This document shows positions 22,358-31,404 of a stretch of 64,000 nucleotides of DNA, piece by piece; within the stretch, counting starts at the first letter, position 1, and every line of letters begins with the position of its first letter. The notes beneath the pieces are model-generated. The model was given only the letters and a program-made list of their open reading frames with translations, was not told the DNA's origin and searched no databases. Position numbers and translations under genes: made by a program. The DNA is taken from the NCBI RefSeq assembly GCF_002105155.1, contig NW_019028995.1, forward strand, positions 372,001-436,000, in the 5' to 3' direction. The DNA comes from Lobosporangium transversale. Its lineage: Eukaryota.

Positions 22358-23575
22358 ATGAAAGCCTTATCATTCCTTAGAACCAGCCCCCACTTGGCGT
22401 TGTTGTTTCTTCTTGGAACACTCTCTATTACCCATCATGTCCAGGCACAGAGTGTCGATTGTCTAATTACACCTTCCGATCCTTCTTGCGCTTCCTTTGA
22501 GCTGCCGGAGGCGACAATCAAAGCTGATCTAGATGGCCTCTGCACCCAAATGCCATACATGCCTGGTTGCTCGCTCTATAAATCATGTCAGGCTGCTTCC
22601 AAGGCTGATCAGTGGTGCACACCTTTCTCAGTATTGGCAGACATCTGTGCCTTGGATATGCCTAACATGCGCGACTGTAAGAATTATGTTGCTCTCTGTG
22701 GCGCTGCCGTGAATCAGACCTTGGCCGCTCGGCCTGCTATCTGCAAGAAGGCCCCCATGATCTCGGCGTTCCCGACCACCAAGAATGCCTCAGCTCTCGT
22801 CATTGACATTTGCACAGAGATGGATATGGCCGGTTGTGAGCGATGCCCCAAACCCAAGCCCGATACCTATGCGGCTGATTGTGATACCCTCGGTACTTAT
22901 GCGATCCTGTGCAAGGCCATGCCAGACATGCACCAGTGTGCTGCTTGGAAATCCATGTGTTCCTCTTCTTCTGATACTGCCTCAGTTCTCAACTTCCAGG
23001 ATTCCGAATACTGCGCTGCTGGTGTCGGTAGTCCTGATATGAACCCGCCTGCCATGCGTATGTACTTCCATTTAGGCTTCTCGGATTATGTCTTATTTGA
23101 GAAGTGGGTTCCTCGAAATCAGAGCCAGTACATTGGTACTTGGTTTGCACTCTTCTTCCTCACACTTTTTTTCCAGACTGTTCAGACCTACCATAACTGC
23201 CTCGAGGCCCAATGGGCGGAGGAGTATATAGCCGAAAGTGAAGAAGTTTCAAAGTCGGATTCTTCCATTCCTTTGGCTTCTAGCAAAGGCTCGCGTTCCA
23301 ATCCAATCCTCCTCCAATGGATGCATATCTGGCGCCAACCTTGGACGCTGAAGGAGGCAAAGCAAAACATGTTCCGTGCTGTGCTGACTTTTATCGAAAC
23401 TACACTTGGATATGCACTCATGCTAGTTACTATGACCTTTAATGTGCCTTTGTTCTTTGCCGTCATTCTCAGCCTAACCGTTGGCTCAGTAGTCTTTTCA
23501 AGGCAACGTTCAGTAGTTATGATCAAATCCAACGCCAATGCTGCCAGTGGAACTGGTTGTGCTGGCTGCGGTTAA
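22358..23575 (+). CDS. Ctr-family copper transporter with signal peptide and large Cys/Met-rich extracellular domain
   Basis: MRMYFH...VLFEKW before TM1, YALMLVTMTFN (MxxxM) in TM2, a third TM segment, C-terminal CxxC; ectodomain with C..MPxMxxC repeats. Confidence 0.93.
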   Translation: MKALSFLRTSPHLALLFLLGTLSITHHVQAQSVDCLITPSDPSCASFELPEATIKADLDGLCTQMPYMPGCSLYKSCQAASKADQWCTPFSVLADICALDMPNMRDCKNYVALCGAAVNQTLAARPAICKKAPMISAFPTTKNASALVIDICTEMDMAGCERCPKPKPDTYAADCDTLGTYAILCKAMPDMHQCAAWKSMCSSSSDTASVLNFQDSEYCAAGVGSPDMNPPAMRMYFHLGFSDYVLFEKWVPRNQSQYIGTWFALFFLTLFFQTVQTYHNCLEAQWAEEYIAESEEVSKSDSSIPLASSKGSRSNPILLQWMHIWRQPWTLKEAKQNMFRAVLTFIETTLGYALMLVTMTFNVPLFFAVILSLTVGSVVFSRQRSVVMIKSNANAASGTGCAGCG

Positions 23576-25560
23576 AAGCACATCTTACTTTCTTCGTAAG
23601 CTCCACTATAATCCGAATGTAAATAAATGTCATATTCAATATCAAAATAAAAATAAAGTGCATGTCTTACCTTTCTATATTATGACCTCTGAGTCGGATA
23701 AAACCACCTATTACGCTTTGATTCATACTGTCGGACAAATCAAATACATGTATGCATGCGTCTTATTTTCCAATATGAAGAACGTGAGGGTAGTCCAGAC
23801 TGCCGTACATTTACCACTATCCGTTACCTTGGCGTAGTTCTGGATTGCATGCTAATAGGACATTTACAATAATATACAGTGCATATCAAAATTAGCAAAA
23901 ATTTTACCTTCTTTATTTCCTCCGCTTTTACTGCATGTTCAGAGCGAACTGGATTGGAATAAAGGACTAAACGAACAAAGCTTCATTAAAAAATAAATAA
24001 CGTTCGTAACCGGCCACCACAGTCCCCTGACATGAATTCCATTGAACACATGTGTTGAACTCAAGAGAAGGCTTGGAAAGTATTTTTTCTTTTTTTTTAC
24101 AGCCTTTGACAACAATGACAAAACTGTAAAATATGAATGTATTCGCCAAAATTAACGTAGATGACTCCTTTCTTCTAGCACTAGATACTAAAATGGATCA
24201 ATCATTGATGAAATAAGACACGTGTATAATGAATATATTTGTGTATATCCATCGTATCCATAGTGAACTGACTTATTTTATTTCTTTACAAGGCCATCTC
24301 GCATTTTGTCTTTACTGTTTGAGAAGATATCACGAAGATATCACACGGCCATTGATTAAAACACCCTCTAGATTTTATTAGGGATATATGCAATTGAATA
24401 GTGTCGTTCATCCTATCACGTATGTATATATATATCATGGCATGTTTCCTTCTATCTGTTGTAAGGATTTCCCTGTTTAGCTCTGATAATTCTATTAACT
24501 TTTTAGATAGATGGCCCATTAAACCAAGGGAGATCTGATTAAGCCAGAGAGCAATCTATAAAGAATGTTAAAGTACAATGTCAAGGAAGTCAAATACCTA
24601 TCCCGAGTCAGTAAGCATGTTCGTGTACATGCACATAAAAATATTATACATGTACTTGTACTTGTATGGCGGAAGAATCTTCCAGACAACACAATAGGTT
24701 AATTTTTGACTTACTTTTGACAAACTTTAAAAGAATATTCATGTACCTGTCAAAACGCTGACTCGGGACCGACCGCCCATCAGTACCTTAACCCATACAT
24801 GTACAGGCTTTTTGTGATGTTTTTCTTTTTTCTACTTTCCTTTTGATGAAATGACATCCTTAATGGTAAACCCCGCATCGATTAAAATTTCTTTTTACTG
24901 TATGGTCAGCTGTGTGAAGGAGATCTATTGGTGTTATTGTTCAAGTTATTGATCTGTCTCTTATGGACGTATCGATATGAATTCACTAACGACAGTTATA
25001 AGAGTTGCTCGAACAACAAAATAAAGTATAGGGCCAATTTTGGCAGACAGGGGTAGAGGAAGGAGGAGGACTTTCAGGTACTACCATGGCCGTGTCAATA
25101 GTTTATATTTGTCAAGTTGATAAAGAGAGTTGACAGACTGAGTAAATGTATTATTTAAGGTTTGACAAAGAGACAAATCCTTGTCTCCTTTGAGGTACAC
25201 AATTTTGACGTTGACACAAACAAACAACGTGCCTTCTATTTGTTTTCCGTTGCCCTATACATTCAAAAACAAATACATGTAGCACTTTAGAAACTCTTGT
25301 TGTAGAGCTTGAGCCAATCCAGAAGCAACAAGGCCACTAATATATTTTTCCCAAGGTTATCAGCACTAGATAAGGAATGAAGATGCAAGAATTAGTTACT
25401 ATCGCAAAAAGCATCATCGTCAATAGATTCAGTATAAAATGGTCCCTCTCCCGCTTTCTCTTTCTTTACTGTCGTGCCACATTTTGCTACCACTTCCTCA
25501 GTCATATATCCGTCTTCTATATCTCTTTACTGTAATACATCACATCAGTTTTTTTCAACC

Positions 25561-26205
25561 ATGAAGTTCGTTGCTGTCGCCTCTGCTGCCATCTCAACTA
25601 TCCTCTTCGCCACCCCGTTGGCCGAAGCCCATGTTACTGCCAACCCCTCAGCTGCTGTCTCAGGGTCCTACTTTCAGACTAGTTTTCGTGTCCCTCATGG
25701 TTGTGATGGTAATGCTACAAACCTGGTCATTGTCGAAATCCCCAAGGGTGTTTCCTCAGTTAAGCCCCGCCCTCTCTATCCTTGGAATACTACCATTTCC
25801 ATGGTACCTCTCGATACCCCCATCACCACACCTACGGGCACCATCAATACCACCGTTGGTTCTATTACCTGGTCCAATGGTCTAATCCAAGATAACATGT
25901 ACGAAGATTTCGGATTGCAGTTCAAGTTACCAACTCAGGAAGGCCCTCTCTACTGGAAGGTCTACCAGCATTGCGTCAATAACGAATGGAACAACTGGAC
26001 CAGCGTCCCTGACGCCAACGGAAAGACTGATGGTTTCCCTGCAGCCGTTATTACTCTTTCCAATTCCACAACTACCACTGGCCCTGGAGGTGCTTCCCCT
26101 TCCGCTAGCAGCAAGCCTAGTGCTGCTGTCGCCGCCTTCCAGAGCTTGAACTTCGGCCGCGTCGCTCTTATCAGCTCTGGTGCCTTCTTGGTCGCTCTTA
26201 TTTAA
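25561..26205 (+). CDS. YcnI/DUF1775-family copper-binding protein, secreted with a GPI-like tail
   Basis: Signal peptide ending AEA, mature N-terminus HVT, FRVPHGCDG, IPKGV..VKP...W, ITWSNG, WKVYQHC, NW; Ser/Thr linker and hydrophobic C-terminus; TATAAAA near 25433. Confidence 0.85.
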   Translation: MKFVAVASAAISTILFATPLAEAHVTANPSAAVSGSYFQTSFRVPHGCDGNATNLVIVEIPKGVSSVKPRPLYPWNTTISMVPLDTPITTPTGTINTTVGSITWSNGLIQDNMYEDFGLQFKLPTQEGPLYWKVYQHCVNNEWNNWTSVPDANGKTDGFPAAVITLSNSTTTTGPGGASPSASSKPSAAVAAFQSLNFGRVALISSGAFLVALI

Positions 26206-26559
26206 GAAAAATAAAATAAAAAAAGCCTTACCTATATACCATGCGAAGATAAACAGGCAGCGAGTGGAGAAGAAAGGAAGAGGACGAGAAGGAGAACGCA
26301 TTATACATCCTATCATAGACTATATGGCGCTGCTTCATATACAACGCTTCTATTATCCATAATGCTCACACCTTGAACGTAATACAGTTAATAATAACAA
26401 TGGTAATAATACAAACCTGGTTGCCATTCAAAGTTTGGTACTCATCTGAATGCGATAATATTTATTTTCTCCTTGCGTACCACAATTTATTTATCACATA
26501 TGACACAGAACTGCAGGTCAAGACGGTGAATAGTATAGAAGCCAGAGGAAAAAAATCAA

Positions 26560-26647
26560 AATGAATGCTGCAATAATGATCTTGTATTTACGGAGCAGAC
26601 GAATTGAACGCTGTTCCAATCCGATTTCGTCTCGAAGCCGATTCAGC

Positions 26648-26692
<45 letters not shown>

Positions 26693-29600
26693 GCAGTTAG
26701 TGTCCCTGCATAGAGCAGATAAAGCGAAGCTTCGGAAAAAAAAGAGAGACCTACATTAAAGCGTGCAGCGCCCATGATCTTCGTGCAGAGCACAATTCTC
26801 TCGTTAACATCCTTGAGCTTCGCGTCTACAGTTTCGGCTAACGTCTTGCCAGTGGAAGGTGATGGCCTAAGGGCTAACTGAATCTCTTGATTATCGATCG
26901 CTCGTAGCATAGCGGTCATCAATTTCTAATACACATATTGTACAGTAAAAATGATTATTCATTCATAGTCACGGCATTCAATTATATAAGACTTGCAAAT
27001 GTACTCACTTTAGCACCATCATCCAATTTATTCAACTTATCGAGACACATATCAATCTGCTGTGATACGTTCTGGATATTTGCATAGCTTGCTTGAAGTT
27101 TGCCTTCTTGTTGTGCCAGACGGAGATCAATCATATCAATCAACAAATCCATATCCCTAGTTTTATCGCGAAATAAAGGAGTAAATAAATTTGTGATAAA
27201 AATAAAGTATTGATAAGGGACACTCTACATGTTCCGTCGCATACTCAGAGATGTTTTCGGACTGGTGTTTCTTGGAATCCATAAATGCATCAAAGCCTAT
27301 CCCTCCATGTGGCTTGGATGAATCAATAGTATGGTCGCTCTCCACGTCTAAAGCGTCAAAAAATAGCAGCAATGTAAAAAGGGAATAAGATTAGCAACGC
27401 AACTACATAAATATTTTTCAGCCGCCATTGATTCCTTGAATGCTATTAACCATACCTCCGTGGTCCATGACACTTATGGCAATCCAGTTTATAAATTCGC
27501 ACTTCAGCTTAACGGAAGGGGACTCGAGGCACATAATGTTAGTCCTATCACCATTGAGCATAGAAAATATCGCTGTGGCATCTATGAAATTACAAAAAAA
27601 AGAAAGAAATTATATGTGGTGTCAACAGCTAAGGAATTTTCATGGACACCCATCGCTTGTCGTGTTTTATATTATTAAAAAATACTTACGATTATCATTC
27701 ATAATGGACACATCAACTGCGGTATCGAATTTTTCGTATTCGAGCCCACGGGCAATTTCACCAAGATAGAGCTCCAGGCCAAATGTTGCTTGTCGAAATT
27801 CCTCGCGATATTTTCGCTCCATCTCTTTCCATTTGGCAATTTCGGCTGTCTGTAGCTGTAGCTGTTCCAGTCGCTGCTGCTCCTTAACGCTTGTCCACGA
27901 CCATTTCCTGCTGAGGAGCTGTGCAGAGTACGGTATTGTCTTGGATAAATTATTGTTGTTGTTATTACTTATCTGTCGGACTGAAAATGGTGGCTCATGG
28001 TGTTCTGTAGGATCGCTTCTAGACCGATCAGGTGTTCCTGCAATGCCTCTGAGAAACAAATTACTGCTGCTTATGGGGCTGTACCGCTGATCCAAATACC
28101 CAAGTGCCCGTCCAGAAGATATCCCAACAGGGGAAGCTATGGGACTTTCACTTAGGGTTCCTGAGCTTGTCATGCGCGTCTGATCCCAAGCTAATGCAGA
28201 TTTGACGATCTTTTCTCCTAGATTTTGCTTGTCTCGTTCACTGCCGCTCAGTCGAACAGACTCTTTTGTTGGCTTAGAGAGGGCAGTGCTTAAAATTCCG
28301 GTTTCTAGTTGTTCAGACGTATCATCTTGACCTCCATCATTCGGCCAGAAAGAGGCAATCCGGCTCTGTTCTTGTTCTTCTCTTAATGTTTTTGCTTTTT
28401 TCTCTAATGCACGGTAGGTCACATATGCCTCCCGAAAATATTGTGCACATGCAGGCTCCAATTTCAAGGATAGCTTTTTATATTCGACATTTTTGCCCAG
28501 AACTCGAAATATATAGTATCCTTGGAACTTTGAGTTTTCATAAGATCTGAAAAGAAAAGATTTTGTCCCTATGATGTCCAGGCCATTCGCTCTCGACTGC
28601 TGAGGCATTGATTGAGGCTCGTAATTAGTGAGCGTACCAATAGGTGTACTGTAGATAGAAAATGGTATGACATGTGGTGCCAAAGGGCCTTGTTGTATTT
28701 GAGTATATGGATGATGTTGCTGTTGGTACGTTTGCGATTGGAAACGAGTTTTGGACGCGGATAGCGTTGCAAAGGCATTGACAAAGCTAGTTGGTAATGG
28801 TTCTAATTCCACCAAGAGCAAGTTTGGATCTGGGTTCGCCTGACGTGCTTCCTTTAGTGCAGGCGAAATGAGTGCTTCCAGGCACCAGGTCACCGGTATC
28901 TGATGGCGAACTTCTTCTCCGACAGACCGACTACGATGGCGGTGGTGGAAGCTATGGAGAAACCCATGATGGTGACGGTGACGGCTCGACCGGGATGTTG
29001 ATGAGTCTTCGTCATCTGTAGCAGCTGTCGCGAAAGGAGTAAACATTCCGGTGGCAACAGAGTGAGTTTTTTTTGTGAAGCGCCTCTTACGCCGCCCTGA
29101 ACCCTTCAGCTTGAAGCCTTTGGAAGTCGAGGGTTGATCATCTCCCGAAAGGAAGTCTCCAAATAAGGGGAATGTACTACGAGTTTGTATTGGTTTCATG
29201 ACACCGTTTTGAGTCCCATGCAGATCTCGAGCAGATGGTGCGGTTGAGAGGGGCGCAGTTGAATGCTGATTTGAGAAGCCCACGCTCTTTAATAATAAAC
29301 GTACTGCTTTATTATTTTCGTGCCCTTGCTCTGATCCAGACAAGCTACCGCCTTTACCTTGCGTTACTGGGCCTTGCCCATTGTTGAAGTGAGTTATAAT
29401 GCTGCTGGGGCCGTTTCGTGGTGGGAGTTGTGGTGGGAGACCAGAGTCGGTATACTTTAGTTTCGAGCGTGTAGACAATGAGGCTTTTTTGCTTTCTGGT
29501 GCTGATGGAAATCTATGTGTGATGCCTCCAACATTAGATATGAGATCTGATTCAGGTTCTAGAGGGAAATTCATCAATCATGCTTTCCTTAGCTTATGTT

Positions 29601-30675
29601 TAGGAAGATCTAATTGTTTAAACATAAAACTCCCACTCATACTTGCATATTTCCACAAACCCTTCTCTCAAAACCACATCCATAGATCCATACACCTTTG
29701 TGATTCTTACCAAATGTAGCCTCCGAGTCACTTTCTCCACTTGTGATGAAGGCATTTACTCCACCATTATCACGCGAACTCGATCCTTGTTTTCTTCGAA
29801 GCTTTCTAAACCTGTTTTTGATCCCTTTCTTAGGTGTTTTATTTCCTACTATTTGACCTTTTCGCGTGTTTGTCGTAAACAGGGGTGGGCTGTTATTGAT
29901 ATCTGCAGGTAACTTAGCGAACGGCACTGATGAAATAGACAGGTCGGCTAGAGGTTCCCGCAAAAGATATAGAGCGTGGTGGCGGCATCATGCTCACATT
30001 TGAAAAAGAATGATAAAGAGGTCGCATAAGCTCCGGAGACTGTGATCTCTTCATTTGACTGCCATTATTATTGCCAGAGAGAGCAGGAGGCACAGTAGGA
30101 CTTTCAGATATTGTTCCTGATGCAAAGTTATGTCTCGCGATAGCATCTACAGAGGAAGGTGTAGTAATACCACCTGATGGCGGTGTTGATTGTGCGTGAG
30201 GGCGAATCGTACTTGGTAAGAATGAGGCGCTGCAATAAGGGTGGAATGCACCAGGCGGGACCGAGATGGGCGAACTTAGTAAGCCTCCTGATACCGTATT
30301 CCGCAAGGTTATAGGATCAGTTTTAATCAAAGTTGCAGAGAAAGACCGAGAGAGCTGCCTTTTAGCATGGGGCCGTACTGTATCCGATATTGATGGTTCA
30401 ATGGTTTCTGTAGGTGTAGGCTGGAGCGTAGCTTTAGCTTTAGCTGTTCCAGAATTCTGCTGGACACAACATATACCATCTGGTTGACTGTTGATTGTAT
30501 CCGTTGGATTAGGTAAGTTATTTTTATTAGAAGAAGAAGAAATAGAAGTAGGAGAACGGCCAGCAAGGGAAGTTGTGCAAGAAGACTGTGGTCCAGCTAA
30601 AGGATCGGACATGGTGGTAGTATCAGGCGAAGTGGGGACCCGTGGAGGCCAACCACCTAAGTAGCCATTATGCAT
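26560..30675 (-). pseudogene. Multi-exon gene of unknown function with an apparent frameshift and in-frame stop
   Basis: Chain of minus-strand ORFs joined by GT-AG introns; frame change near the A4 run at 29962-29965; TGA at 29580-29578 lies in frame after splicing 29710-29610. 3' end approximate. Confidence 0.55.
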
Positions 30676-31092
30676 CGCAGTGGAAAGTAGACGAGGATAG
30701 GAGGCAGTACTTGTAATGGAAGATGATGCACAAAGTTACAAGCATGCAACGTAATGGTTGTCTGCACTGGTCTAAGAGCTAAGGTGAGAAATGAGAGACG
30801 AAAGGAAGTGAATGCCAAAAAAAAAAATAGAAATATATATTTAATGTTCTACTTACTGCATATGAGAGAGCTCAATTCAAATGATGTTTCATTATCAAGT
30901 AATGTTATTCGTGCCCTGACAAACAACAGGAACCATACGAGTGACTGCAGATGTAGCAGATATGCCCTATCTATCGATTTGACTTTAGTTGCAATTCAAG
31001 AAAAGAACCATGTTACTCCGTGTCCAGGGTGTCCAGGAATACTTTTTGCTCTCAAAAATAGAGAAAAAAATATCATACCGGATACAGGTATT

Positions 31093-31165
31093 AGCCCAAC
31101 GCGGGGATCGAACCCGCAACCTTCAGATTAGAAGTCTGATGCTCTACCGATTGAGCTAGCCGGGC
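31093..31165 (-). tRNA. tRNA with anticodon TCT (Arg) on a tRNA-Lys-like body
   Basis: GCCCGGCTAGCTCAATCGGTAGAGCA-TCAGA-CT TCT AA-TCTGA-AGGTT-GCGGG-TTCGATC-CCCGC-GTTGGGC-T folds into a full cloverleaf. Confidence 0.92.
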
Positions 31166-31404
31166 AAGGTGTCCTGCGCATAGTTTTGGATCTCCTTAAA
31201 ATCTAATTACCTTGTGTTATCATTATATCCAGTAGTATTGTGTTTGGATATAGTGGCTTCCATACATTAGGTAGTATACTCGTCAGGGCACCAAAACTCT
31301 TCTCCGTACACCATCGGATACGCTACATTTACACATTCCCTCTCTATACACACCCCTTCCACACCCCCTGTTAGCGCACAAGAGTGCCAACGACATCACT
31401 CATC

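Noticed and set aside
26648..26692. T20-A25 palindrome (also T23-A10 at 50651) as a structured RNA element
   Set aside because: Long homopolymers are frequent across the window, especially in introns, so adjacency is not clearly special.
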